DNA of 56,405 nucleotides from Vitrella brassicaformis CCMP3155 (GCA_001179505.1 CDMY01000535.1:1-56405); one strand, 5' to 3'; shown: positions 38,046-50,900, counted from the first letter of the stretch. A program made the numbers and translations. The notes: generated from the sequence alone by a model not told the origin.

Positions 38046-38156
38046 GCATCCGCAGCTAGCTGCGGATGCCTCTCCATCAACAGACGTTCAGCCGACATCC
38101 GCCGGTGCCATCTCCATCAACAAAGACGTTCAGCCGACATCCGCCGGTGCCATCTC
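38046..38156. repeat. 24 bp perfect palindrome directly followed by a 40/42 bp tandem duplication
   Basis: gcatccgcagct|agctgcggatgc at 38046-38069. The unit tctccatcaac(aa)agacgttcagccgacatccgccggtgcca occurs at 38071-38110 and 38111-38152. Confidence 0.95.
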
Positions 38157-38365
38157 TTGATTCTAAGCAGAATCTGCGGACGTTGCCAGCTATCTATCGC
38201 CTCTCCTGCTTTTGCGATGACAGCTGGTTGACATACGGATGTCTGCCGTGCATGCACCGTGCAGAGGTCATCCATCGTTCCTTCGACGGACATTGTGCCA
38301 GCCATGAAGCGCAGACACACACGCACACATGCATGTACATTATCATACATGCATCAACACCTACA

Positions 38366-39520
38366 TCATGGCGCCTCCTGCCTTCCCCAACAAACATGCT
38401 CAGCCGACGTTCGCTGGTCTCCCTGTCGTCTGTAACCATCAAAGCTGGAAGCCCTTCTCCCCCACCGCCACACCAGGCTGTGTCTTGTGTGGCAGCTCAC
38501 GGCCACTCCCCTTGAGGGCGCCACGCCGCCCTCACTCCCCCACGCCGCCCTCACTCTCACCCAGCTTGTTGGCAGCAGCTTGCGCGAAGTCGCCCAGTGA
38601 GGTGTCGGCCGTCAACTGGATCTCAATGGTGGATCCCGAGCCAACCATCAGCTGGACCTTGACGGTGAAGGAGCCGTCCTTGTGGAAGCGGTTGGTGTCG
38701 TCTTGTGTGGTGGGGTGGGGGGCGTGGATACTCTGCCTGAGATCCGGCAGATAGACAGACAGACCGACAGACAGGAATGGTCACGCGTGTGGTTGCGGGG
38801 TGTGTCTGCGTCTGTCTCTGTGTGTGCTGACCTTCCTCTACGTCATTCTTGGCGTCGAACAGCATGCCGCCTCGATTCTTGTAGGGGGCCTCGGCCTCGT
38901 CATCTTGTCAGGTGTCATACTGACACACATACGAACAGCCGGCATGAGTGTGACACCATGGTGTGGTCTGTGCCTGTTTGTATCATGATGTACCAGATAG
39001 CGAATCGATGAACTGATGGCTATGCGTGACATCATGCGTGTGATGTGTTGATAATATATGTCGCCCATGCTCGTCCTCTCGAGGAATCTGTCGGCATTGA
39101 TGGGTCTTCTGCGGCACCCCGAAGGTCGAAATGGCCATGCAGCCATCCGAGCGTCTTCCAACACTGTACCGCACACACACCCACATAAGAGTCTTCGTCG
39201 GTGTGTGGGTGGCGCACTGCGTGTTCACCTTGAGGTTGTCGCCGAAGAGGGCCACGCTCTCCATCATGAGCACCGACACGTGGCGGTTACACACTCGATG
39301 TGTGTATGGACGCATTGCGTACCGGCAGCTGGTCTGAGCTGCTGTGTGGGCGGCTGCATTGGGCCGTCGCTGCGAATCGAGCAGACAGATGTGGTTGAGT
39401 GGGAAGAGCGTGTTTGGCGACACCCAGCTCCTTGGCACCGTCTCCCTCTCGTCCGGCGGCTCCCACGCAGACCAGCCGCCCCACACCATCGCCTCGAAGT
39501 CAACAAGGCGCCGCTAGATC
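38366..39520 (-). CDS. Hypothetical spliced gene or gene remnant; one exon resembles a ubiquitin-like fold
   Basis: Coding-like segments are RRLVDFEAMVWGGWSAWEPP...LFGDNLK, DDEAEAPYKNRGGMLFDAKND and SIHAPHPTTQDDTNRFHKDGSFTVKVQLMVGSGSTIEIQLTADTSLGDFAQAAANKLG, flanked by GT/AG sites. I could not resolve a single unambiguous exon chain. Confidence 0.35.
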
Positions 39521-39858
39521 AGCCGGAGAGGTCGGCCGTGTTACTTGGTGCTGGGCGGCAGATGGCTACAGATGGCGCCAGCTGGAAAGATGCTGTAGCT
39601 GTCCACTTGAGCGCCTTGTCTGTTCGGCAGACTCACACGCGGCAAAGTTAGGCGGTCAGTCCATGTTCTTCTCTCGCCATGGATTCAAGTAGCGATGCCC
39701 ATAGATTCAAGTAGGAAGTAGACGCCTGCGCTCTTCTCTTATGGTAGATTCAAAGTCCGCTGCTCCCTTCCTTGTGCGAGCTGTCAGTCATGGCGAGCTT
39801 TTCAGATCTGCCGAAGCGTGAGAATCAGAGGCGGCATAAGTGAAGAAAAGGTGTCAAG

Positions 39859-42800
39859 ATGAAGCTCAAAGGTGAGTTTGTGGCAGATCCGAACATGAAC
39901 AGACCTGAGAAACCATTCTCTGTGTGTGTGGCGTTGCTGTGCGTCAGAGGGCAGCAAGCGCCAGCCTCTCGGCCGCAAATACAAGGTTGGTAGGGGATGC
40001 CTACGCTCATCGGTTGTACTTCCCCTCACTCACTGCTTGGTGTTTCTCCCCTCCGTCCCTTTGCGTCAGATCCAGAAGAAGGCCCGCGAGCACACCCGCA
40101 AGATGCGCAAGATCGCCAAGACGGCTCCCGTCAAGAAATGTGAGCATGTGACGTCAGCACCCACGTGAAAGAAAACACACACACGCAACTGTGCATGTGT
40201 GTGTGTGTCTGGTTGTTGTGCAGCGAAGCGAAAGGAGTCCGGGATCCCCAACAACTGGCCGTTCAAGGCCGAGTGGCTGCGGCACATACAGCAGCAGCGG
40301 GAGCGGGACGCCCAAGAGAAAAAGGAGAGGCGCGAGGCGCTAAGACAGCAGCAGATCGCCTTGAAGGAGCAAGAGAAATCGGCCTCCAAGAAGGGCAGCC
40401 GTGCTGCCGCTGGTGCTGGTGGTGCGGCTGCCGATGAAGAGGACGAGTGGGAGGACGTCCCCGATGATGACGACGATGGTACGTTTGCTTCCACAAGCTC
40501 ACATACACACACATTGATTGATGCGTGTGTGTGTATGTGTGCATTCATTGGTCTGTCTGTCTGTCTATCTGCAGATGTCATCGATGAGGAGATGGATGAC
40601 GAGCCAGCGCCCAAGCGGAAGAAGACGTCCAGAGAGCAGACAGGGGCAGCCGGCAAGAAGTCCGCATTGCCGCCATTCGCCGACCCCAGTGGGGCCGCAT
40701 TCAACGTCACCAAGGGGTGGGTGGGACAGTCACATCTCGTCACGCGTGTGTATCAACCAAAGTGCCTTCTCGGGTTCGTTCGTTCGTTCGTCAGGGTGAC
40801 GTACGAGATGTTGGCGGCCGACGCAGCGCAGCGACAGGGCCTCTTCGGCCCTGCAGGAGCCGGACCACAACCAGAGGCACAGACCAAGACAGCAGGTGAG
40901 AGGAGAGAGGCCACGTGCACACACCAATGACAGCAGCCACACAGCCGGCATGGCCCCCCTGCATTCGATCAGACTACCGGGGCGAGTCTTCTCGCAAGAG
41001 CTGGTACAAAGATCTGCAGAAGGTGGTGAATGAGAGCGACATCGTGGTGGAGGTGCTCGATGCGCGTGACCCCAACTCGTGTCGGTGTCGCGAGCTGGAG
41101 CGCAGCATCGTGGCCCAGAGCAAGAAACTCGTGGTCGTACTCAACAAGATCGACCTCATTCCAAAGTGCGCACGCACACACACACACAGACACACCCCTC
41201 TACCTCGCTGCGCGTGTCTGTGTCTGTGTGTGCGTGTGCAGATCGGCGCTTGAAGCGTGGCTTAAGTATCTGAGACGTGAGTACCCCACAATTGCATTCA
41301 AGGTCATCACACACCTTCGCGCACACACAACCAGACAGAGAAGCCCACTTGTCCACCGTCCGTGTCATCCCTCTGTCTGTCTTTCAGGCCGCGTTGGGCG
41401 GTGATAAAGTTCGTCACGCCAAGACATCGGCACAGCAGGCGTCAGACGCACTACTCAAGTGAGTAACTCACCCCCCCCCCATCCATCCATCCAGAGAGCA
41501 CCCGATCGACCCCTGAGCCTCTCTGTTCGTGTGTGTGTGTTTGTGTCTCCAGGAGTGGGAGTGCGGTGGTGGGTGCGGACGCGTTGATGCAGCTGGTCAA
41601 GAACTACGCCCGCACGGGCAGCAGCAACGTGGCCAAGAGCAAGCAGTCCATGTCGGTGGGCATCATCGGCTACCCCAATGTGGGCAAGTCCTCCATCATC
41701 AACTCGCTCAAACGCGCCAACAACGTCGTCAAGGTAACCGCCACGAGGCGGCGTGTGTATGGGTCTGTCTAATGGTGTGTGCCATGTGGCGTGTGTAGGT
41801 TGGCGCTGAGGCGGGTGTGACGAGGGGCGTGCAGGAGGTGCAGCTGGATGCTAAGGTGAAGCTCATCGACTCGCCGGGGGTGGTCTTCGGCAAAAACGAA
41901 AACGACCCCAGCACCGTCCTGCGAAACGCCGTCAAGGTGCGGCTGCTCATGCGCACCGCACCTGGCCAATCCGTGTTTGTACGTGTGTGTGTGCTGCTGA
42001 CCGCAGATATCGTTGGTCAAGGACCCCCTGACCGTTGTGGAGGCTCTGCTGCAGCGATGCCCAAAGCCGTCGCTCATGAAGTTCTTCCAAGTACACACCA
42101 CACCATACCCACGGAGAACACTGGCTGGCACAGACACAAATGAATGAATGAACCCGACCCATGTGTGTGTCTGTGTGTGTGCAGGTGCCCGTGTATGAGG
42201 ATGCGTCAGAGCTGCTCGCCGAGGTGGCCCGGGCCAGAGGCAAACTCAAAAGGGTCAGACACCACACACACACACACACACATATGCACACACACATGCA
42301 CACGTGTCTCTTCTCCCTCCCTCCCGCACACACACACACGCATCCATGACTGACAGGGCGGCAGTCCGGACATCGATGCCGCGGCGCGTCACGTGCTGAC
42401 GGAGTGGGTGTCGGGCAAAATCAGATACTACACTATGCCGCCACATGAACAGCCCAGCGAGGTACCTACACATCAAAACACAGCCACGCACGACTTGCAA
42501 CCGCGAATCTTCTTGCTGTCTGTCTGTTCATCCATTCATCTCATCTCTTGTGTGCGTGCAGCATGAGCACGCCGAGATCGTGTCATCGTGGGGGGCGGAT
42601 TTCAACATCGACGCCATCTTCGCGCAGAACGACGCTGAGATGAGAGACCAGGAAATGGAGGCCACGTCATCCTCCTCGCAGCACACCGTCGCAAGTGAGG
42701 GAGGCAACATTCCTCCCTCCCTCCCTCTCTCTCACACGTACTTCTTGTTGTCATGTCGGCGTTCAGTGGAGCTGTCTTCTGCTGGGTTTGGCGACGCAAT

Positions 42801-43413
42801 GATGGACCATGATGGCCCTGCTGCTGCTGCTGCTGGTGTGGGCGAGTTCCTCATGGACGACCGCCGGCACTCAGACAAGAAGGGCAAGCGCACAGCAGCA
42901 GCAGCAGCAGCAGGGGAAATGATGACGGACGGCCCATCGTCATCGACACCACAGCCGAGACGAGGCACCGAGGCTGATTTCGACATCAAGGTACGGGAGC
43001 ATCTGAAGGCTGTGCGTATTCAACACACTTGTAGTCTATGTCCATGTGTGTGTGTGTGTGTGTGTGCAGAAGAAGCGGCGTCGCTCTGTGTTGCGTGGAG
43101 GCGACGAGCTGTCAAAGCTCAAGAGCCCAGCCATCCCGCCCAACATGAAAAGGGTCGAGAAGCAGGTCAGTTCGGACACACATCGATGGCGGCTTTGTCT
43201 TCCTTGTTCATCCATCCATCCATCCATCCATCCACACGTCAGATGCGCAAGAACCGTCGTCGCGAGAAGGCCCGTGCACTCGAGGACGAGCAGAACCGAA
43301 TGACGGACGACTCTGGACACACTGCAGCCATCTCACACACGGCAGCTGCCGGCAAGGGCAAGGGCGGCAAGAAGGGCGGCAAGGGGACGGACGAGGACAT
43401 TATCATGGCCTAG
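39859..43413 (+). CDS. GNL3: Nucleostemin/GNL3-like (Nug1/Grn1) circularly permuted GTPase, 60S ribosome biogenesis
   Basis: GN3L_Grn1-type N-terminus ([11 protein letters not shown]|[14 protein letters not shown]...GIPNNWPFK), then DARDP, G4 NKID, G1 GYPNVGKSS and G3 DSPG in circularly permuted order. Confidence 0.93.
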
Positions 43414-44174
43414 CAGTCATAGCCGTGTGTTGTGTTGCATGGTGTTTTGGGGCGGCTGTGTTGTCTATTCGTGGTTCGTTCCTATGTGAGTGGTGAGGTT
43501 GGTGACCCACGTGTGATGGCGAGATCCGGCGGTGCAGCTCTTCGCCGTCACGTAGAGGTTGCCGACCTTACCACTCACAGGGGATGGGATGACACCCTGG
43601 CACGTTTGTCGGTACTTGGCTCCGGCTTTGGTCGGTGTGTGCGATTGAGTGAGTGCTCCTGAGTGCTGGTGTGAGAAGGGGATGACGTACCCCAAGGTGT
43701 CTTGTGTTGACCCACAAGATGTCCTTGAGGTATGTCACGGCCCTCCGACACACACGCACTTTGAAGCACAGTGTGCACAGACGGCACAGACAGACACATA
43801 CTTGTGGACGGGACGGTGGATCGGTGGGTGTGTGGGTGGGTTTGAAAGGTATGTGGCCTGGCCGTCGGGTGCACTGCACGTCACGTGTGTCGGTCCATCT
43901 GTCTGTCTGTCTGGGTGAGGCGACGCGAGGCGAGGGATCCCTCACAGCAGGCAGGCAGGCGACGATGTGGCCTGGCCGCTCACTCAGGACAGGACAGGAC
44001 ATTCAACCATCAATCAAGCACCGTGGTAGTTCGTCCACTCAGTCACATGCACCGCACCCAGCCATGACCGCACCGCTATCCCTTCCCCTCCCCGTCTGTC
44101 TGCACACACGGCCACCATCCCTCTCACCGCACCTCACCCGCTAACATCATTTCTGTCACCCGCTCAGTCACCCA

Positions 44175-44901
44175 TCATACTGACGGCAGCTCGATAGGCC
44201 GACTGACGCACACAGCACACAGAGAAGACCAGACCGGGGGCATGCACTCACGCCGCCCATTGATGCGTGTGGGCACCATGCTGTGCTGACCTGACGATGG
44301 CGGCCAGCAGGGCCTCCTTCTCTGCTGAGAGAGGCCGAACACCATGAGCCAAGTCAACCCTGCAGGTAATCAAGAAGAACACACAGACACTCGCCATCCA
44401 GTCAACACACCAGCAGAGCAGTGCAGTGAATCCATCCATCCATCCGCCACCCACCCACCTCTCAAACGCGTCCTTGCCCCTCCCCGGCGACCCCCCTCCC
44501 CCCTCCATGACCTTGACCCGCCTCCGATGCATCTGCAGCACCCGCAACCCCTCACGCAGCATCCGCCGCCTCAACACACGCCCGACCAGCGCCGCATCCG
44601 CACCAGCCATCCGCTGCTGCTGCCCCACCACAGTCTCCAGCACGCTTCTCATCAGCCCGACGAGGTTGGCAAAGCCGACGGGATGGCTGATGAAGGGGAT
44701 GTCGGTTTCCGTGGCCTTGGTCTCGGTGCGATGGGTCAGGAGAGCCAGGCCTGTGTGGTCCCCAGGCGGCAGCATCGATGGGCTGTGGTGCTTGGCGGCC
44801 TCCAGGGAGGCCCGGGACACCTTGACGGGAGTCGAGAGGTCTCTGCGCCTGGCTGCATTTCCCTTGGTGCGGCTCAGGGGGGACTTATGCGGGTGCATCA
44901 T
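44175..44901 (-). CDS. Hypothetical protein (~190 aa, 3 exons)
   Basis: MMHPHKSPL...GKDAFER|VDLAHGVRPLSAEKEALLAAIVS|RPIELPSV* with phase-2/phase-2 GT-AG introns. Confidence 0.5.
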
Positions 44902-44972
44902 CCCATCAGCGCCGCATCGTCACTCGTAAATCTCCATGCGAGCTTGAAATTGCTGCTGAGCAGATCTGCCAA

Positions 44973-45738
44973 ATGAAGTCGCATTCGAGGCACAGACGAA
45001 GGAGGAGGGCAAGCTCACCGCTCGTCAGGCTCCCCGCCCTCCTCGCAATCTCATGCACCCTCCTCTCTTCTCTGTGCTGGTCCTTCCAGCTGCACCCCTC
45101 CTCCCCCTCCCCGTCGCAGCAACAGCAGCAGCCATTCAGCACACTCAGGAGGCCGTCAATACGGCCCCTGGCTGCCAAAGCCAAAGGTGGCGCAGATGTG
45201 GCCACCAGAGAGAAGAAGGAGAAGAAGCAGAATGCGGCGCCGGCTGGTGCACCAGCCGCTGCTTCTCCCAGGGTGATGCCGCTGCCGGCGTCGATCGTCG
45301 ACTGCATTGCACAGGCTGCCGAGGCGATTGAGGCGGGCTACCGTGACCGCATCCCTTTGATGGAGGTCGACTTCCCCCCGCTGCCAGCTGATGTGCTCAA
45401 CTCGGCGCAAACTGCTGATGATGACGTCTTCCGGGTCAGCCAGCCGGACAACACGAAACGCCACGCCTGGTTGGTGTGTATTGCGTCTGTGTCTGTGCTC
45501 GCGGTGTGTGGGTTGGGTCGATATATCAGGCGAATCTGAAGTATGCCGTGGATCTGGCTGTGGCGCTTGTTGATGAGATGCGGCTCAACGTGACGGTGTA
45601 CTTCAAAGACGCCGTCGACTGCGAGGCGGCCATGAAGCTGCAGGGGGGCGGCAGCCAGCGGCCATACCCCAACGTCACTCTGTCGTCCATCAGAGTGGGA
45701 TATGGACCCGCTGAGTCGAGATGGGTCAGTCAGTGAGG

Positions 45739-45771
<33 letters not shown>

Positions 45772-46574
45772 CAACACACGGTGTGTGTGTGTGTGGGTTC
45801 TGTGTGCTGCATACAGGATTCGGTAGCCAAGTTTTTGCAGGAGAACGTCTTCAACGTCAAGGGTGACCTGAACTATGACGTGGCTGCCGCCGACATCTAC
45901 CTGCTCGTGGGCTTCGGGGGCTTCGCTTACGAAGACATCCGGTGGCTGCACCAGCAGCGGCCCGACACGCCTATCGTCTTGATCAACTGCCTTGTCGACC
46001 GAATCAGGTCGGCGATCGATGCACACATAATTGTGCTGCTTGGAAACGGTCCGTCTGAGCGTGTGTGTGCCTGCAGGGGTGACCTTGGTCTTGGCCGGTA
46101 TCCGCCAAAAGAGTTCCATTACCAGTTCCTCTCACAAATCAAACCGGTGAGACTGATGAGATAGATCATCGAGAACCACACAGACACTGGTCCCCATTTC
46201 TGCGTCAATGCGCGCCTTGCCTTGTGAACAGGTGTACTTTCTCAAGTTCCGCAACTTTGCGGAGACGGGGTTCGGCAAGGCGCCCATCTTCTTCAACGGC
46301 ATCCTCTTCAGGGCCTACCCTGGCACCTGGCAGAGCCTGCTCGAAGTCGCAGCTGGCGAATACAAGTAAAGCGACCATCCAGACCTACACATGGGTGCAT
46401 TGCATCTCTCGTGTATGCAGGTTGATCAAGAACGAGGCAGACCGTCCGTCGTTCACTGATGTGCGGAACGACCTGCTTGAGGCGGTGGGAGGTGACCCCA
46501 GCTACAGGGACAACGCGAAGCCGTGGTGGGAGGAAAATTTTGAGGGCGAGGCCAGCGACGCGTGGAGGAAATGA
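44973..46574 (+). CDS. DUF1995-domain (LPA3-like) protein, predicted plastid-targeted
   Basis: PLPASIVDCIAQAAEAIEAG...LMEVDFPP, PIVLINC and GILFRAYPGTWQ...GEYK|LIKNEADRPSF match DUF1995-type motifs. The hydrophobic signal LLAISCTLLSSLCWS-F is followed by a Ser/Arg-rich transit segment. Confidence 0.8.
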
Positions 46575-48677
46575 TTGGATGGATGACCATGGGAGAGGGT
46601 GGCCATGGGGGGGTTGATCGCATGGTGGGGGACTGCATCATGTGGACGTGAGAGAGATCTTCTGTGAGAGGATGGGACCGACACCCAAAGGGTCGTGGGT
46701 TCGTGTGGGTGGGCTGGGTTGATTTGTTCTGACTTACGGCTCACTCATTTTGTTTGCCAAGACGCATTGCAATGGACGCACCTGAACCAGACTGACTGTT
46801 GGTGCCTGTCGTCCTTTGATCTGACCGTGCCACACAGCGCCGTGCGTCCACATGTCTGTCCACATGGAACAGCACACCCCCACCCACCGTCCCCATCAAT
46901 GCGCCCTGCCTTCGCCTCACTGCCCGCCTTCCTTGTCCGATACTGATGCATCAGTCGATCCATCGATTCCCGTTCGAAAAATCGGAGCCTGCAGCTACTC
47001 GCTGCTCCCTTCCCCAAAGAAGGTCGTTTGTTTCTGGCCCCTCCCTCCTTGGCTCGCTAACGCAACCAACATCAACAGACAGCAGCTGTGGCATCAGGCG
47101 ACCCCCTGCTGCTAGACAGCCCCGTGTCGCGTGCAGACGTATCTCTGGGTGGAGGATAGACAGCTGGGCGTGGCTGTCTCAGCTGATATGGGTAGATACA
47201 GCACAAACGGAAGAATGACCATCAAGGGGAGGGGGAAAAGGGGGATGGGGGGTCACGTTTGCTTGCATTGCACCCGGATATATGTTGCTCCCACGCACAC
47301 ACGACACGCAAGGAAGGCATGGTTGCTTGCTCGAGGGAATGGAAACAGTGTGGGGAACTGACCACAAGCAACCGCACAGCCCCCCCCTCATGGATTGATT
47401 AGTCAGTCGAATGAGTCAGTGAGTCAGTCAGTGAAAAGACCCTTCATCAGCCATGCAGGAGATGAGGGTCCCATCACGTAAAGGAAGAAGAGACAGAGGA
47501 CATGCCACACGCCACTGGAGGAGAGTGGGTCACAGCAGCCAGCCAGACTTGGACACACACGCAGAAACCGATAGACAGACAGACAGACAGACAGTGCCCA
47601 CCGAGAAAAATGAAGACGGAAAGGAATGAAAGCAGTGGCGGCCATGCCATGCAGGGTGTGAGTGTGTGTTGTCGACATGGTGATATCGGGATGGATGAAC
47701 GCAGCCCACACAGGTGCCTTCCCTGAGGGTGTGTCTGGTTGCCAGTCAGAAGACCACGGGCCCTCCGCTGTCAGCATCATGACGCCAGAGGGATCGTGTT
47801 GTCCTGTCCTGGTACCCTACACCCCCGCAGGAAGCGGCACATGGTCACATCAACAGCTCTCAGCAGAGCAGTGGCTACCTACCCTACCGCACCCACCCTA
47901 CACACGCCCTCTCTCTGTCTGCTTCGTTCGCCCCGCAGCTCATCCCTCCGCGTGTGTCTTCGCCCCCCGGCCGCCAACGAACGCCTCACGTGACTTGTTT
48001 CCTCACGCTGGGAGTCCGTTGCCGGTCGCTGCGAAAACACAACCAACGCGACGGTGGCTGTAGACATGGTCAGATATGCGCCCATGTACAGCCAGCCAGG
48101 CAGCCAGGCAGAAAAATGGGCGAGCGGAAAAGAATACTCGTGAGATGGTGTGAAATGCTCGCCCTGCAATGCAGTAGACAATTCCCCGTTCACACTCTCC
48201 CCTCCCCGCCCCGCCCCTCCCCACCACTTGCCAGCCTGAAGCTCGGTACAGGTACACACACGTGTGCACACGTAGACATGCATGTAAGCACGCAAGTATC
48301 ATCGCATGCATCAGTGAGACTGGTCGGTCGGTCGGTCGGTCGGTCGGTCGACTGCACTTCATTCACTCAGTGGACTGGCTCATGAAACGAATGCATCATC
48401 AATCACATCAGCCGTCTCCCGGCTGACGAAAAGACCCGCATGCACACACGCACTTCACTTATCACCCACCCACACCACAACCACACCCACACGCATGAGA
48501 GGATCCAACATGCACATGCAGCCCAGCCATTTATGTATGTGTTCATCTTGACGTCAAAAACTGGATTGCGTTGATTGAGACTGACTGGACCAAAAGGCAC
48601 GCGCTCCACTCCCTGACACACACATGCATCGCTCCCCTCCCATCCACTCCACTCCCTTCCTGTCATCAAATCTCTCT

Positions 48678-50672
48678 CTACATCTGCACAACGGCCGTCT
48701 GCGCCAGGTGGGGCGTGTTGCGGAGGTGCTCGACAGGCAGACTTGCGAAGTAGAACTGACAGCCATCAATCCAACCAACACACGCAGACACACACACAAG
48801 AGTGACCTCCTTGCTTTGATGTGCCGTTTTTGTAGGTGTTGTGTGTTCGGCTCTCATCTCACCTGCTCAGTCAGTTCCGGCAGCTCGCTCAGCTCCTCTT
48901 TCTCGACGCGCTTGAGGCCCAGCTCGTTCCAGATCTTGTCGAGGCTGTCGACGAGGTGCAGCAGGTCGGTCGCACTGTGCAGCGGCCCAGGGGTGGCGCG
49001 GAGCCGCTCGGTGCCCTTGGGGACCGTTGGGTAGTTGATGGGCTGGATATAGAGGCTGTGCTCCTTGAGCAGCCTGTCTGACGCCTCCTTGCACTTGACG
49101 GGGTCGCCCACGAAGACCGGCACGATGTGCGACGGGTTGTCCATCACCGGGATCTTCCGCGACCGCAGCAGGTGCTTCAGCTGGGCCGCCTTGAGGTGCT
49201 GCAGCTCCCTCTCGACCGTCGACTGCTTCAGGTGCCGGATGGACGCTGTGGCGCCCGCACACACCACGGGGGGGAGGGCGGTGGTGAAGATGAAGCCGGC
49301 GGCGTAGGAGCGGATGGCGTCGAGCATGGTGCGGCTGCCGGCGATGTAACCGCCGAAGACGCCCACGGCCTTGCCGAGGGTGCCGTTGATGATGTCGATG
49401 CGGTCGAGCTCGCCCACCTGCTCCGTGACGCCAGCGCCCCTGGGGCCGTACATGCCGACGGCATGGACCTCGTCGATGTAAGTCAGGGCGTTGTACTTCT
49501 TGGCGAGGTCAGCGATCTCTGTGATGGGGCTGATGGAACCGTCCATCGAGTAGACGGACTCGAATGCCACGAGCTTTGGCTTGGCGGGGTCGGCGGCCTT
49601 GAGGAGCTCCTCGAGGTGGGCCATGTCGTTGTGCTTGAAGATCTTCTTGTCGCACTTGGAGCCGCGGATGCCGGCGATCATCGAGGCATGGTTCTTCTCG
49701 TCAGAGAAGATGATCAAACCGGGGAACAGCTGACCCAACGTCGACAGCGCAGCCTCGTTGGCCACATAGCCTGCATTTCATACACACGACCGAACCGACA
49801 CACACACGGGGAGGTGAGAGCACACCCACATGCATTGCCTTCTGTGAGTGAGTGAGTGAGTGAGTGAGTGGCTGCCTGACCTGAAGTGAAGAGGAGTGCG
49901 GATTCCTTGTGGTGCCAGTCGGCCAGTTCCTTCTCGAGGTCCACATGGTAGCTCATGGTGCCGCTGATGTTGCGCGTGCCCCCCGCGCCCGTCCCAGCGG
50001 CGTCGAGTGCGGCATGGCTTGCCTCGAGGACCTTCTTGTGCTGGCCCATGCCGAGGTAGTCGTTGGAGCACCAGATCTTGACCTCATCCCTCTTGCCGTC
50101 CTTGAAGAAGGCCGCGTGGGGGAACCGGCCGCAGTTGCGCTGCAGGGTCGCGAAGACGCGGTAGCGGCCCTCCTGGTGCAGCTTCTGGATCGACTCCTGG
50201 ATGGCCTGGTGGTAGAAGAATTGATTGCCACTGCTGCTGTCGCTGCTCGATGCCTGTGCTGGGGCAGTGCCATTGGCCGCCATGGCGTCAGCGGATGTGT
50301 GGGCGGGCGATGCGCCGTTGAGCGTGGTGCCGTTGGCATGTGCGTGGTGATAGGGGCACCCGCCGCCGCCTTGTGGCTGAGCACGGTTGGCCTTCTCGGC
50401 TGCCTCGTGAATCACTATCGGCTGAACACACACACACACACAGCAGCAGAGAGAAGGCAACACACATGGTGGGTGTGTTGTGGCTCATTGAAAGGTGCTT
50501 TCTCCCCTCCCATCCCCCCTGCCCACCCACCGACCTGGTCAATTTTCGAGGCCACGGGGCACATCTGGGCGAAGACGTTCCAATCCCCTTTGATTTTGTC
50601 GCCCATGCGGCCCACAAAGGGGCAAAGACGCTGGATTTCGCTCGTGGCGAAGCTCAAAAATCGGCCCGGCAT
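48678..50672 (-). CDS. ALAS: 5-aminolevulinate synthase (mitochondrial C4/Shemin pathway), 4 exons
   Basis: [36 protein letters not shown]|[44 protein letters not shown] (PLP lysine), [20 protein letters not shown]. The last exon is [25 protein letters not shown]. Confidence 0.97.
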
Positions 50673-50900
50673 CCTGACGAGGCGAGAACTGTCAAAAACA
50701 GCTCCACAAGGGCTCCTCTGCCGAGTGGCTCACAGACACGCAGGCAGAGCGTGCACAGACGGCCAGCTGTGGAGGGCAAGGACTCGGTAGCCTGATCTGC
50801 AAGGCTATTGGCTCCGCTTAGGGAATGGTGCTGTTTTACGGAACCGTCTTCCCCGGAGCAGCGTCAGACGTCACTCGGTCCTCGAGATCCATTGAGTTTA

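Noticed and set aside
38071-38152. Tandem repeat considered as a CRISPR array
   Set aside because: There are only two adjacent copies, no spacers and no cas genes, and the context is eukaryotic.
38908-38910. In-frame TGA (YDT*QDDEAEAP) considered as selenocysteine
   Set aside because: An acceptor just downstream (gacaag|AT GAC) would exclude the TGA from the exon, and there is no redox motif.
46600-48670. ~2 kb interval with several 60-140 aa ORFs
   Set aside because: It is microsatellite-rich with no consistent exon chain or motif. Most likely convergent 3' UTRs and intergenic DNA.
49909-50790. Long plus-strand ORFs over the ALAS locus
   Set aside because: They are antisense to clearly conserved ALAS exons, an effect of high-GC codon bias.
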